64,000 nt of DNA from an uncultured Gammaproteobacteria bacterium (GCA_943788815.1 CALSRS010000003.1:161193-225192), one strand, 5' to 3'; shown: positions 50,660-61,832, counted from the first letter of the stretch. The notes: a model not told the origin generated them from the letters alone. Numbers and translations: made by a program.

Positions 50660-52111
50660 TTACTTTCGCCAAAATGCTGGTGATAGTAATACCAGCAAGG
50701 TGAAAATTTCTAATCGACCAAGCAACATAGCAAGACAAAGAACCCATTTAGCAAACAAATTAATGTCGGCATAATTTGCACTAACATCACCTAGTCCCGG
50801 ACCTAGATTATTTAGACATGCTGCCATTGCTGAAAAAGCAGTAATCTGATCAAGACCTGATGCCATTAACAATAACATCAAAAAGGCAAACACAACTGTA
50901 TAAACCGCAAAAAATCCCCAAACAGCATTTATGATTGTTTCCTCAACTGGCTTATCTCCAAACTTGATTGTGAAGATAGCACTGGGATGTATAAGTTTTT
51001 TGATTTCTCTCATTCCTTGCTTGTACAGTAGTAATACCCGGATTACTTTTAATCCGCCGCAGGTAGAACCTGCACAAGCCCCCATAAAACTTGCAAAAAT
51101 CAGCAGTATAGGCAAGAAAGTAGGCCAGCTCTGGTACGAAGTCGTGGTAAAGCCTGTTGTCGTAGCGATTGAAACCGTCTGAAATATTCCATGCGTAATT
51201 GCTGTCAAGTGATTACCATAAATATTTTCCAGGATGAGATAACTGCAGCAAACAAAACACAAGCCAGCAATTATTTTCAGGAAAATCTTAAGTTCATAAT
51301 CATGTATGTATCCAGCTAAACTCATAGAACGCCAGGCAAGAAAATGTAGTGTGAAATTAGTGCCAGCGATTAGCATGAAGAAAATAGCAATTGCATCAAT
51401 TGTTCTACTGTCGAAATAGCCAAGACTTTGATCGTGTGTAGAAAATCCGCCTATAGAAATGGTAGAAAAACTATGTCCTATAGCATCAAACAGATCCATC
51501 CCGGCTAACCAGTAACAAATAGCACATAAAATTGTTAATGATAAATAGACGTACCATAGTACTTTTGCTGTTTCAGTAATTCTTGGTGTCAGCTTAGAAT
51601 CTTTGATTGGTCCAGGAGTTTCGGCGCGATATAGCTGCATACCACCAATACCCAGTAGAGGTAGTATTGCAACAGCCAGGACAATAATTCCCATGCCACC
51701 CAGCCATTGAAGCTCCTGGCGATAAAACAGAATAGATTTCGGTAACTGGTCTAAACCTATGATTACGGTTGCTCCAGTGGTGGTTAAGCCTGATATAGAT
51801 TCAAATACAGAATTCGTAAATGAGAGCTGCAAATGATTTGAAAGATAAAGAGGTACTGCACCTGATATGCCCAAGACTACCCAGAACAATACTACAACCA
51901 TGAATCCATCTTTTAACTTTAATTCTTTTCTATATTGACGTACGGGTAACCAGGCAATAATCCCAGTAAATAGAATAGTCACAAATGCGGTTATAAAAGG
52001 GATTAATGTTCCATCCTTATAAAACAATGAAAACAAAATGGGAGGAACCATTGTAAGGCTAAACAGGATTAGTAGTATCCCTGTTATTCTTTGAATTACC
52101 TTAAATTGCAT
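50660..52111 (-). CDS. trkH: Trk system potassium uptake protein TrkH
   Basis: 483 aa, polytopic, with repeated GFS/GGF selectivity-filter-like segments. Confidence 0.9.
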   Translation of the reverse strand: MQFKVIQRITGILLILFSLTMVPPILFSLFYKDGTLIPFITAFVTILFTGIIAWLPVRQYRKELKLKDGFMVVVLFWVVLGISGAVPLYLSNHLQLSFTNSVFESISGLTTTGATVIIGLDQLPKSILFYRQELQWLGGMGIIVLAVAILPLLGIGGMQLYRAETPGPIKDSKLTPRITETAKVLWYVYLSLTILCAICYWLAGMDLFDAIGHSFSTISIGGFSTHDQSLGYFDSRTIDAIAIFFMLIAGTNFTLHFLAWRSMSLAGYIHDYELKIFLKIIAGLCFVCCSYLILENIYGNHLTAITHGIFQTVSIATTTGFTTTSYQSWPTFLPILLIFASFMGACAGSTCGGLKVIRVLLLYKQGMREIKKLIHPSAIFTIKFGDKPVEETIINAVWGFFAVYTVVFAFLMLLLMASGLDQITAFSAMAACLNNLGPGLGDVSANYADINLFAKWVLCLAMLLGRLEIFTLLVLLSPAFWRK

Positions 52112-52117
52112 TTAATA

Positions 52118-53491
52118 TCAGAGGAAAGTTATACCTACCTGAAATAATCTTTCAACTTCAGGTACACGGCGTTTATCTGCCACCAGAATAATAACGTGAT
52201 CTTCAGCTTCTACCATTGTGTCATGATGCGCCATTAACACCTTATTTTCACGAACGATTGCGCCGATACTGGTGTCCGGAGGAAGTGGGATTTCATCAAT
52301 GCTTTTACCAACAACCTTGGAAGATTGACTGTCTCCATGGGCAACTGCTTCAATAGCTTCTGCTGCCCCGCGTCTTAATGAGTGAACTACTACTACATCG
52401 CCCATTCTTATATGCGCCAGTAAACTTCCTATGGTGGCCTGCTGTGGAGAGATTGCTATATCGATCACATCATTTTGCACCAGGTCTACATAGGCTGGCC
52501 TGTTTGTAAGAGCCATTACTTTGCCTGCGCCAAGACGCTTGGCCAGCATGCATGAAATTATATTTGCTTCATCTGCATTAGTTAAGCAGCAAAATATATC
52601 TGTTTCTTCAATATTTTCCTCAATTAATAATTCGGCATCCGTTGCATCACCTTGTAAGACCAGTGCTTTTTTTAAGGATTGTGAGGCATTATTTGCCTGG
52701 TTTGGATCTATCTCAATTACTTTTACCTGATATTGGTCTTCCAGCAATTTTGCAAGGTTCAAACCGATGTTACCTCCACTTGCAATCATGATACGTTTTA
52801 TCGGTCGTTCCATATGAATAATGGATTTTAATATTGTGCGAATATTTTTAGGTGCTGAGATAATAAATAACTCATCATCTTCCTGGATAATAGTATCTCC
52901 ATCAGGGATTATGCCTTCACCTTCCCTGAATATGGTCACAATCCGAAATTCTGTTTTCGGTAAGTGTTCTGGCAATTCCGTTATCTTTCTATTATATAAA
53001 ACACTATTTTTTGTTACTTTTACGGCGACCATTTGAGCCTTGCCTTCTGCAAAATCCAGTACTTGTAAGGCTCCAGGATAACTAATCAGATTTTCTATGT
53101 ATTTTGTGACCAGTAATTCCGGATTAATAAGGACGTCTATAGGAAGGGCTTCCTGGGCAAAGAGGGTATTATGGTTGAGATAATCCAGGTTTCTCACTCG
53201 GGCTATTTTTGTTGGCGTGTGAAACAGCGTATATGCAACCTGGCAGGCAATCATGTTAATTTCATCGCTATTTGTAACAGCAATGATCATATCTGAGTCA
53301 TCCGCTCCAGCTTTTTTTAAAATAGATGGGTTTGAGGCATTTCCACAAACGGTTTGTAAATCATAGCGTTCACTCAGAATTTGGAGAGATTTCTGATTGT
53401 TATCAACAACGGTAATATCATTTGCTTCACTTGCAAGATTTTTTGCAACAGATGTTCCAACTTGACCGGCACCCAGGATGATAATATTCAT
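52118..53491 (-). CDS. trkA: Trk system potassium uptake protein TrkA (tandem RCK/NAD-binding)
   Basis: MNIIILGAGQVGTSVAKNL; 457 aa; two RCK_N domains. Confidence 0.9.
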   Translation of the reverse strand: MNIIILGAGQVGTSVAKNLASEANDITVVDNNQKSLQILSERYDLQTVCGNASNPSILKKAGADDSDMIIAVTNSDEINMIACQVAYTLFHTPTKIARVRNLDYLNHNTLFAQEALPIDVLINPELLVTKYIENLISYPGALQVLDFAEGKAQMVAVKVTKNSVLYNRKITELPEHLPKTEFRIVTIFREGEGIIPDGDTIIQEDDELFIISAPKNIRTILKSIIHMERPIKRIMIASGGNIGLNLAKLLEDQYQVKVIEIDPNQANNASQSLKKALVLQGDATDAELLIEENIEETDIFCCLTNADEANIISCMLAKRLGAGKVMALTNRPAYVDLVQNDVIDIAISPQQATIGSLLAHIRMGDVVVVHSLRRGAAEAIEAVAHGDSQSSKVVGKSIDEIPLPPDTSIGAIVRENKVLMAHHDTMVEAEDHVIILVADKRRVPEVERLFQVGITFL

Positions 53492-53567
53492 TGGCTTTCT
53501 ATGTACTTTACCTGGCTATAAAATTAGGTATTTTGATGTTTAAAGTGTCTGTGGTGATGCATTGTGC

Positions 53568-54923
53568 TTAGTGTTTAATGTCTATCCCAAGCATTTTTAG
53601 TTTTCTGTATAAATGTGTCCTTTCCATGCCTACGTTTTGTGCAATCTTACTTACACTACCATTTGATTGTTTTAGCTGATATTCAAGATAGGCCTTTTCA
53701 AATTTTTCCCTTGCTTCGCGTAATGGCAGATCAAAATTCCGTAAATCATTGTCTGCCCTGTACCCAGATTGTTCTCCCAATGCTTTTTCAACTTCTTCAC
53801 TTTCAATCGTTTCATCCAACCCCAGAATCAGTAATCTTTGAACCAGGTTTTTAAGTTCACGTATATTGCCTGGCCAGCTGTACATTCTTAAACGGTTTTT
53901 TGCCGAGGTTGAGAAGTGGCGATAGGGTAAACGTTCTTCAGATACAAAATAATTCACATAGTATTCAAGTAATTCCGGGACATCTTCAAAATGGTCACGT
54001 AGCGGCTGAACTAATACTGGCAAAACATTAAGTTGAAAATATAAATCACCTCTAAACTTTTCTTCCTTAATGGCATCTTCAATGGATTTACTTGTTGCAG
54101 TAATAACCCTGGCATTCAGTGGTACTGGATCACCACCACCCACTCTGGTAAAACTGGATTTTTCGAGTGTATCTTGCAATTTAGCTTGTGCATTGGCTTC
54201 AAGATCTACAATGTCTTTAAGGAAGATTATTCCATTGCCAGCTTCATCAAGGAGTCCCTTATTGATGCTGCCATTTTCATTCTTTCCAAATATTTCCCCA
54301 GAAAACTCTTCAGCTGTTAACGCAGATACATTAACCGTAATAAATGGTTCATCTTTCCTGTTACTTTTTCCGTGTATATATCTTGCGATTGCTTCCTTGT
54401 CAGTTCCTGATTCTCCGATGATTAAAAGGGGATTATCGCGGTCAGCAATTTTTTCAATAAGAGCTCTGATTTTTCCAACAACTTCACTTTTTCCAATTAT
54501 TTCAATCGGAAATGCTTGCTCCCCTTTTAGTTTCTGATTTTCCTTTTCTAGCCATCTGGTCTTGATGGCATTTTTAATGGTTAAGACCAACTTTGCCATG
54601 GACAATGGTTTTTCCAGAAAATCGCATGCACCTAATCTTGTAGCTTCCACAGCAGTTTCAACCGTGCCATGTCCAGACATGATAATAACCGGTGAATTGA
54701 AACCCTCAGTTTGGTTCCATTCTTTAAGTAAGGTAATGCCATCAGTATCTGGCATCCAGATGTCCAGGAGTACAAGCACAGGATTGGAATTGTTAATTAC
54801 TGCACGGGCTTCTGCTGCATCATTTGCAACGGTTACGTCAAACCCTTCGTCTTCAAGTATATCTTTTACAAGATTACAGATGTCCGGTTCGTCATCAACA
54901 ACCAGAATTTCGCCCAAACTCAT
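53568..54923 (-). CDS. ntrX: Sigma-54-dependent response regulator (NtrX-like, REC + AAA+ + Fis-type HTH)
   Basis: REC domain (ILVVDDEPDI...LLDIWMPDTDG), AAA+ (GESGTDKEAIA), and a C-terminal HTH. It overlaps the kinase gene by 4 nt. Confidence 0.75.
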   Translation of the reverse strand: MSLGEILVVDDEPDICNLVKDILEDEGFDVTVANDAAEARAVINNSNPVLVLLDIWMPDTDGITLLKEWNQTEGFNSPVIIMSGHGTVETAVEATRLGACDFLEKPLSMAKLVLTIKNAIKTRWLEKENQKLKGEQAFPIEIIGKSEVVGKIRALIEKIADRDNPLLIIGESGTDKEAIARYIHGKSNRKDEPFITVNVSALTAEEFSGEIFGKNENGSINKGLLDEAGNGIIFLKDIVDLEANAQAKLQDTLEKSSFTRVGGGDPVPLNARVITATSKSIEDAIKEEKFRGDLYFQLNVLPVLVQPLRDHFEDVPELLEYYVNYFVSEERLPYRHFSTSAKNRLRMYSWPGNIRELKNLVQRLLILGLDETIESEEVEKALGEQSGYRADNDLRNFDLPLREAREKFEKAYLEYQLKQSNGSVSKIAQNVGMERTHLYRKLKMLGIDIKH

Positions 54924-57154
54924 AATACTTGCCTATTATATATTGATTTTAATTCTTCATTTTTGGCTTGCATCACTGCAGGTAGCCTGATAATTGCACA
55001 TGCCCCGCATGAGTCAGGATTATTTTCTAACCAGACTATGCCACCATGTTCTTCTATAATTTTTTTAACTATCGCCAGACCCAAGCCTGTGCCCTTCGGT
55101 TTTGTTGTAACATAAGGATCAAAGATATTATCAATAATTTCATCGGAAATCCCTGATCCCATATCTTTTATCCTAATTTCAACAAAATCCATTCCATGTT
55201 CGGAAATATAATCGGTTTTGATATCGATTGCAGTTAGTTTCTTGTCGCCCATGGCTTCAAAAGCATTATTTAGTAGATTATTAAATACCCGCCGTATCCG
55301 ATTGGGGTCACCCTTAATATAGGGCAATGTTTCTGATAGTTCGAGTGTAACAGACATGTCAGAATTTAAGGTATTGTATAAATCTATAACTTCCTGGGTA
55401 AGCTGGTTCAAATTGATAATTTCATGAGATATGGTGGGAGTATGCGCATACTCTGAAAAAGTGTTAACCATATCTTTCATGGTCTCAACCTGTTGAATGA
55501 TCGTATTTGTAAGCTTGTCCATTGCTTCTCCCTGTGATGCATCCATTTTTTTCAGGTACTTTATGCGCAGTCTTTCAGCAGCGAGCTGGATTGGAGTAAG
55601 TGGGTTCTTTATTTCATGCGCTAATCTTCTTGCCATTTCACTCCAGGCAGCATCTTTTTGTCCTTGTATAAGAGCAGTAATATCATCGAACACAATAACC
55701 TGGGTTTTGGAATCTACAATTTCCTGCATGTATAAGGTTGTGCCACTACTCATCAATATTTGTCGGCCACTAGTGCCAAATATGGTTACCTGTTCACGCC
55801 ATTCATTAATATTTTTTTCATTATGATATTCAATTGTGTTAAGCAAGGGTTCCAGGTAAGCATAATCTTCAACAATTTTATTCAAAGATTGCCCAGTCAT
55901 TTCACTAATATCTATCCCAAGTACCTGATTACTGCTTAAATTCGCAGTTCTGATAGTATTATTTTGATCAACAACCAATACCCCTGATGAGAGTCTGCCT
56001 AATACGGCCTCCAGGTATACTTTCTGGGTTTCAGCCTGTAGCTGACTGGTTTTTGCCTGATCTCGTGCAGATGAGATTTTTCTTGTCATATCATTAAATG
56101 ATGCAACAAGAAATCCCAGTTCATCATTGCCAGGTACTGGTAATTGCTTACTGTAATCTCCTTGTGCAACAGATTTTGTCCCATCAGCGAGATTTCGAAT
56201 TGGTGCGGCCAATCTATTAGCAGAATAAAACGAAGCCCAAAGCGCAGAAAAAATACTAAACAATAAGACCAGCGTTAATATAGAGGCGAAGCCTACTTTT
56301 AGCTGATCTCTTAAATAGGTTAATTCCTGATATTCCCCGTATGTTATTTGTATATTTGTTGCGAGTGTATTAATTCTTTCTGTAGTCGGAAATAGTGCCA
56401 GTACAATTCTGGGTTCAATACCTATAGATATAATTGGAATGTTTACGACAGTTTGAACGGAAAAGTCAGATTGTGTAGTGGAGGTCAAACCTACGTAGTT
56501 ATTTCCCTGCTGTACCTGAAATAATATTGAATTATTTGGAGATGCTGGGACTAACTCACCCAAACTACTGCTTGAGGCTAAAAAGTTCCCCTGCTTTGAC
56601 ATGATAGTTAATTCTTCAGCGCCAATTCGGCTCCTGATTTCATCTATTTCAACAAGTAGCGTTTCATCAGATAGCAATGAAAAATCATTCGCCGCCTGCT
56701 CTGTAAGATTAAGCATATCTTTCATTCTTTCATTCAGAGAAATTTTGCTAAGTTCAAGTGAATCGTTTAATGCCTGTTCCACCTTTGGGTTAAACCAGCT
56801 GTCTATTCCCTGATATAAGAAATTAAGAGAGAAGTAATACAAAATAAGTACAGGGATGGTTGATAAAATTGCAAACATCGAAACTGTTTTGAACGTCATC
56901 CTTGAACCGGGTGATTTATTTTTTAATTGCACAACCAGATTTTTAAGGTTGGCAAATATCAATATCACAAGAACAAGTAGACCCAGGGCATTAAATATTA
57001 ACAAACCTGACATATACTCACCAAACCTGTCAGGGTTTTGTAAGGCGTCACCCATTAACACCAGGGAAGCCAACATGAACAGGAATAGAATTATTCCCAG
57101 TACAAGAATGATGTTCTTATCGTTTTTTTCGGGTTTATCTAATTGACCATTCAT
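54920..57154 (-). CDS. ntrY: Sensor histidine kinase (NtrY-like: 4 TM + HAMP + PAS + HisKA + HATPase)
   Basis: H-box HEIKNPLTPI; N, G1 and G2 boxes (NNLLNNAFEAM; DMGSGI; GLGLAIVKKIIEEHGG). The N-terminal region is polytopic. Confidence 0.75.
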   Translation of the reverse strand: MNGQLDKPEKNDKNIILVLGIILFLFMLASLVLMGDALQNPDRFGEYMSGLLIFNALGLLVLVILIFANLKNLVVQLKNKSPGSRMTFKTVSMFAILSTIPVLILYYFSLNFLYQGIDSWFNPKVEQALNDSLELSKISLNERMKDMLNLTEQAANDFSLLSDETLLVEIDEIRSRIGAEELTIMSKQGNFLASSSSLGELVPASPNNSILFQVQQGNNYVGLTSTTQSDFSVQTVVNIPIISIGIEPRIVLALFPTTERINTLATNIQITYGEYQELTYLRDQLKVGFASILTLVLLFSIFSALWASFYSANRLAAPIRNLADGTKSVAQGDYSKQLPVPGNDELGFLVASFNDMTRKISSARDQAKTSQLQAETQKVYLEAVLGRLSSGVLVVDQNNTIRTANLSSNQVLGIDISEMTGQSLNKIVEDYAYLEPLLNTIEYHNEKNINEWREQVTIFGTSGRQILMSSGTTLYMQEIVDSKTQVIVFDDITALIQGQKDAAWSEMARRLAHEIKNPLTPIQLAAERLRIKYLKKMDASQGEAMDKLTNTIIQQVETMKDMVNTFSEYAHTPTISHEIINLNQLTQEVIDLYNTLNSDMSVTLELSETLPYIKGDPNRIRRVFNNLLNNAFEAMGDKKLTAIDIKTDYISEHGMDFVEIRIKDMGSGISDEIIDNIFDPYVTTKPKGTGLGLAIVKKIIEEHGGIVWLENNPDSCGACAIIRLPAVMQAKNEELKSIYNRQVL

Positions 57155-57695
57155 GCCACGAACTACTCAATTCCCAACTTGGCGAGATTAATGCGAGAGG
57201 TTGCAAGGGAAGAGGAAGGTTTCTGATTCTTAATTCAGATTTAATAAAGCAATTATAGGACCGATCATCAAAGAGCTCATTCTCATTAATAACTGGAAAC
57301 TCATCAATATTTCCAAGGAATTCTAATGACTCCGGCAGTTCTTTGAATTGTCTTTTTTCTTCGGTAATTATATTGGTTATCTGGTAATTATTCGTCAGCG
57401 GCAGATAGTCCAGTGTGTAGCTCAAAATAGCTGTTGCTATATTTTGATCCCATCGCCATTTTCTAACGCGCTTTACCTCAACTGTGATGTCAAATCGTAG
57501 CTGAATTCCATGGTTCAGAGCTTCTATAACACTATCGCCCAGATCATATTTTACATTTGCATCTACCTGATAGAAACCGTCCTTAAGCCTTCCTGAGGCA
57601 TTCTCAATGCTTATACCTTGGGCCATAGCAACGAGCGGCGCGATTAAAAGCACTGAAAATATGAAAATATTGAGAAAAAATGTTTTCATGATCAT
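57135..57695 (-). CDS. DUF4390 domain-containing secreted protein
   Basis: Signal peptide then a conserved region. The usual partner of ntrY, located downstream of rsmB. It overlaps the ntrY start by 20 nt. Confidence 0.65.
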   Translation of the reverse strand: MIMKTFFLNIFIFSVLLIAPLVAMAQGISIENASGRLKDGFYQVDANVKYDLGDSVIEALNHGIQLRFDITVEVKRVRKWRWDQNIATAILSYTLDYLPLTNNYQITNIITEEKRQFKELPESLEFLGNIDEFPVINENELFDDRSYNCFIKSELRIRNLPLPLQPLALISPSWELSSSWHEWSIR

Positions 57696-58990
57696 GTTTT
57701 CTCTAAAATTGAGTAAAAGAAGCCATCTGCTTCATCTCTCCCAGGTATAGTTTGACGTCCATAAGTAGAATATACACCCCAATTATCCTTTATTGGCAGT
57801 AACTTCACATCATTATATATATTAATAAAATGGTCAATTTGTTCATCCGATTCTTCCTTGAACAGGGAACACGTACAATAAAGGAGTTTTCCACTCAATT
57901 TTAATATCGGCCACAGGGCTTCAAGCATGTTCATCTGGGTGCTAACAAGTGCAGTAATTTGTTCGGGCGATCGTAAATATTTTATGTCCGGATGACGTCG
58001 GATTATTCCTGTAGCACTGCATGGCACATCCAATAAAATACGATCAAATGGTACATCATCCCACCAGGACTTGATGTCAGAAACGTTGGCCTGGATAACG
58101 GTCGCGACTTTATTTGTTCTTTTTAAATTATCATTTAATAAACTAATGCGGCTCGATTCTATATCGATTGCGACTAACTCTGAAATATCCGGGTAGCTTT
58201 CGAGTATGTGACAAGATTTTCCTCCAGGTGCAGCGCAGGCATCCAATACTCGATGTCCTGCTTTGCAATCTAGCAGAGGAGCGGCAAGTTGCGCACCAAA
58301 GTCCTGTACCGAAACATAGCCCTCCATAAAACCTGGCACATCCTCGACTTTTTTTGATTCCGCAAGTAAAACCCCCGCATTTGATAATTTCGATGCCTGG
58401 GCGTTAATACCTGATGAATCAAGTATATCAAGATAGTTTTGTCTGGAATATTTTTCTAAATTCAGTCTAATGTGCATGGGTGGATACTGATTACTTGCAT
58501 CTAATATATCTTTCCAGTCTTCGGGGTATTGACTGCTAAGCTTTTCTGCAAACCAAACAGGAGATGCGTAATAAATATTATTAGATTTTAAAATTATTTT
58601 ATCAATTGCCTCCCTTTCGCGCTGATATCTTCTAAGTACGGCATTAACGAGCTTTGATGCCCAGGGTTTTCCAATACTTTTTGTTATGCCAACAGATTCA
58701 TTGATAGCGGCATAGTCCGGTGTTCTTAGATACTTGATTTGATATACACCACAAAGTAAAAGCACAAACAGATCTTTATCTTTATCTTTGAGTGGTTTTG
58801 GGATTAGGGAATTAACAATGAATTCAAGTTGGAAGTACCACCGCATAACACCATAACAAATTTCTTGAGTTAGGCTTTTAGTTTTACTATCGATATATGT
58901 GTCGATGTGTTTTTCCAAACAGTGGTCAAGGTTTTTTTTATTACTAATGACATCAGTCAGTACCCTTGCTGCAATTTCTCTTGCTTCCAT
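57692..58990 (-). CDS. rsmB: 16S rRNA (cytosine967-C5)-methyltransferase RsmB (Sun)
   Basis: N-terminal NusB-like domain plus MTase (VLDACAAPGGKS; PCSATG; TCS). Confidence 0.9.
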   Translation of the reverse strand: MEAREIAARVLTDVISNKKNLDHCLEKHIDTYIDSKTKSLTQEICYGVMRWYFQLEFIVNSLIPKPLKDKDKDLFVLLLCGVYQIKYLRTPDYAAINESVGITKSIGKPWASKLVNAVLRRYQREREAIDKIILKSNNIYYASPVWFAEKLSSQYPEDWKDILDASNQYPPMHIRLNLEKYSRQNYLDILDSSGINAQASKLSNAGVLLAESKKVEDVPGFMEGYVSVQDFGAQLAAPLLDCKAGHRVLDACAAPGGKSCHILESYPDISELVAIDIESSRISLLNDNLKRTNKVATVIQANVSDIKSWWDDVPFDRILLDVPCSATGIIRRHPDIKYLRSPEQITALVSTQMNMLEALWPILKLSGKLLYCTCSLFKEESDEQIDHFINIYNDVKLLPIKDNWGVYSTYGRQTIPGRDEADGFFYSILEKT

Positions 58991-59007
58991 AGTGACTGAT
59001 TATTCGT

Positions 59008-59952
59008 TCAGCTTTGATCAAGGCCGGACCAAATTGTGGGGTTCCCATTATAAAAATCTGACGAACTCAGGACTTTTTTTCCAGGTAGTTGTAATTTTGT
59101 TATATTGATATTCTTATCTCGTGTTGCAACTTCAAGTCCTTTTGGCGAATAACTTATTACTGTTCCTGGTTCGTGTTGTTCATCAAAACTACTCGAAATT
59201 TCTGCAGCCCAGACTCTAAGTTGTATTCCATCTATTTCAGTATGTGCAACTGGAGCTGGATTCATAGCGCGTACCAGCCTGTGAATTTCATCAGCGGTTT
59301 TAGACCAGTTAATGAAGGCGTCAGCCTTGTTAATTTTCTTCGCATAGGTAGCCAAATTCTCATCCTGAGGTGTAGACACTAGCTGGTCATTACCCAATGT
59401 GTCCAGCACATCAATAATGGAATCACTCCCCAATAGGCATAGTTTTTCATGTAATGATTCCGCAGTTTCATTTGTGTCCACACTACATTTTTTTTGAAAC
59501 AGGATATTGCCAGTGTCCAGTCCTTCGTCCATTTGCATTATCGTGATACCTGTTTCGTTGTCACCAGCAAGAATTGCATGTTGAATTGGAGCTGCCCCTC
59601 GCCATCTGGGGAGTAGTGACATATGGACATTAATACATCCTAGTCTTGGTAGCGATAAAACTTCTTTGCTTAGTATTAATCCATATGCAGCAACGATCAA
59701 AACATCTACTGAATTTAATATTTTTTCTTTTTCAAGCTCAGTCTTATTTAATGGTTGATAAATTGGGAGTCCGATATCCTCAGCTAAAACTTTAACAGGA
59801 CTCATGGTGATTTTCTTTCCCCGACCCGAAGGTCTATCGGGTTGGGTAAAAACTGCTGAAATCGTGTAATGACCAGTACGTTGAATATTATCCAATATCC
59901 GTGCAGCCAGTACTGGGGTACCAGCAAATGCGAGATTGATACCTTTTGCCAT
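59008..59952 (-). CDS. fmt: Methionyl-tRNA formyltransferase
   Basis: INLAFAGTPVLAA...HMSLLPRWRGAAPI. The ORF-track start is a TTG overlapping the def stop. The ATG at 59952 (MAKGINLAFAGTP) fits the E. coli alignment. Confidence 0.9.
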   Translation of the reverse strand: MAKGINLAFAGTPVLAARILDNIQRTGHYTISAVFTQPDRPSGRGKKITMSPVKVLAEDIGLPIYQPLNKTELEKEKILNSVDVLIVAAYGLILSKEVLSLPRLGCINVHMSLLPRWRGAAPIQHAILAGDNETGITIMQMDEGLDTGNILFQKKCSVDTNETAESLHEKLCLLGSDSIIDVLDTLGNDQLVSTPQDENLATYAKKINKADAFINWSKTADEIHRLVRAMNPAPVAHTEIDGIQLRVWAAEISSSFDEQHEPGTVISYSPKGLEVATRDKNINITKLQLPGKKVLSSSDFYNGNPTIWSGLDQS

Positions 59953-59960
59953 AATAAAAT

Positions 59961-60473
59961 TCAAGAATCCCGCGTTTGAAATTTTTCCAGTTTTTCAAAT
60001 TTTTTGAAAATTCGATTTCGTTTTAGAGGCGACAAATAATCAATAAAGAGTTTTCCATTTAAATGATCAATTTCATGTTGAATACAAACTGCATATAGTC
60101 CATCTACGGTTTCTTCGATAGTTTCTCCGTCGAGGTTTTGAAACCTGACAGTAATGATTTCCGACCGTATTACTGTATCAAAAACATCCGGAACAGACAG
60201 GCAGCCTTCCTGCATTTCTTCACTTCCTGAAAATGATAGTATTTCAGGATTTACGAGTACTTTTGCATCTGTATTCTCAGTGCTTAAATCAATAACGACC
60301 AGACGCTTTTGTACATTCACCTGAGTAGCAGCCAGGCCTATGCCATTTTCAGCATACATGGTTTCCAGCATGTTACTGGCGAGTTCTCTTACTGAGTCAT
60401 CAATGTCACTGATAGGTATAGCCTTTTTCCTCAATCGATTATCAGGGATATGTAAGACCTCAAGGATTGCCAT
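59961..60473 (-). CDS. def: Peptide deformylase
   Basis: GIGLAATQV; EGCLS; QHEIDHL metal-binding motifs. The start at [11 protein letters not shown] matches E. coli MSVLQVLHIPD. Confidence 0.9.
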   Translation of the reverse strand: MAILEVLHIPDNRLRKKAIPISDIDDSVRELASNMLETMYAENGIGLAATQVNVQKRLVVIDLSTENTDAKVLVNPEILSFSGSEEMQEGCLSVPDVFDTVIRSEIITVRFQNLDGETIEETVDGLYAVCIQHEIDHLNGKLFIDYLSPLKRNRIFKKFEKLEKFQTRDS

Positions 60474-60613
60474 GTAAATCACTCCAAAAAATTCTCTAAC
60501 TTACTGATAGTATACAGGAAAAACATCGTCCCCGGTAAAACTGTGGTGTGAGAGAATACATTCTGCTAGACTTTTCCGAATCTACATTAAATATTTTTCG
60601 TAAGGCTCGGCTT

Positions 60614-61714
60614 ATGTTACATAAAATTGTATTTTACCTGTCTTTACTGGTGATTAGTACAGCGGTGAGTGCGCAATCTGTCCAGGTGAATCCGGACCAC
60701 CCGGATCAATACACTGTGCAGGAAGGCGATACTTTATGGGATATCTCCGGAATGTTTTTGTTACAACCCTGGAGATGGCCAGAAATCTGGCAGGTAAACC
60801 CACAAATTGACAATCCCCATTTAATCTATCCTGGAGACGTAATCAGCTTGAGCTACGATGGAGAGTCACCAGTGTTGACAGTCTCCAGAGCTGGTATGGG
60901 TAGTAGGACTGTAAAGTTATCACCCACGATGCGAATTGAACAAACAACTCGCGCAATTAAAACCGTTCCAATTGATGTTATCAGGCCGTTTCTCACGAGA
61001 CCATTAATCGTCGAAGAAAATGAAATGGACAGCTGGCCATACATTGTATCAAGTTATGAACAGCATCTTGTGGCCAGTCCTGGTATTGAAATATATGTCC
61101 AAGGTTTAACGCCTGATTCGGTTGGAGAGAAATTTTCTATTTATCGACTTGGGACAGAATATGTCAGCCACTCTCGTGGACACCGTGAGGTTCTTGGTTA
61201 TGAGTCTATATATATTGGTGATGCAGAAGTAAAAGCTTTTGGTAATCCGTCTACAGTCAATATTACTCATGCAGTAAAAGAAGTGGTGAATGGAGATAGG
61301 TTGATTTTGCCATCAGATGAGGAAATTTATACTAGTTTTATTCCCAGCAGATCGTCGTCTGATATAACCGGAAGTATAATTTCTGCAGAGGGTGTCTTAA
61401 CTGAAATTGGCCAATACCAGGTTGTTGTACTTGACCGCGGCAGTAACGACGGCGTGGAGGTTGGGAATGTTTTTGGTGTGTATCAAAGCGGTGTTGTAGT
61501 GGAAGATAAAGTCAGAAACACTAAGAAATCTTATGAAGATACAGATTTGATAGATTACCTGGGTATGATGAAATCAAGAGGTGAGTCTGTCACTTTGCCT
61601 GATTACAGAGCTGGCGTTGTTATGGTATTTCGTACCTTTGACAAGGTAAGTTATGGATTAGTAATGGAAGCACTAGGTCCAATTCATCTCAATGATGCAA
61701 TTAAAAGTTTTTAA
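60614..61714 (+). CDS. LysM peptidoglycan-binding domain protein (TsaP-like)
   Basis: Signal peptide then LysM (YTVQEGDTLWDISGMF...PGDVISL). The position upstream of dprA matches the pseudomonad PA0020/TsaP arrangement. The ATG at 60614 has an AAGG SD sequence. The ORF-track start at 60548 adds 22 aa ahead of the signal peptide. Confidence 0.7.
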   Translation: MLHKIVFYLSLLVISTAVSAQSVQVNPDHPDQYTVQEGDTLWDISGMFLLQPWRWPEIWQVNPQIDNPHLIYPGDVISLSYDGESPVLTVSRAGMGSRTVKLSPTMRIEQTTRAIKTVPIDVIRPFLTRPLIVEENEMDSWPYIVSSYEQHLVASPGIEIYVQGLTPDSVGEKFSIYRLGTEYVSHSRGHREVLGYESIYIGDAEVKAFGNPSTVNITHAVKEVVNGDRLILPSDEEIYTSFIPSRSSSDITGSIISAEGVLTEIGQYQVVVLDRGSNDGVEVGNVFGVYQSGVVVEDKVRNTKKSYEDTDLIDYLGMMKSRGESVTLPDYRAGVVMVFRTFDKVSYGLVMEALGPIHLNDAIKSF

Positions 61715-61832
61715 AATTTGAATCATCAGAAATGTCATACAGTTTCAGTAAAACAGGCATTTTTTATTAAAGTAGTATTTCGGCAATTATAGATTAAAAC
61801 AACGTTTTTACCCGGTATTTACGGAGGTTTTC

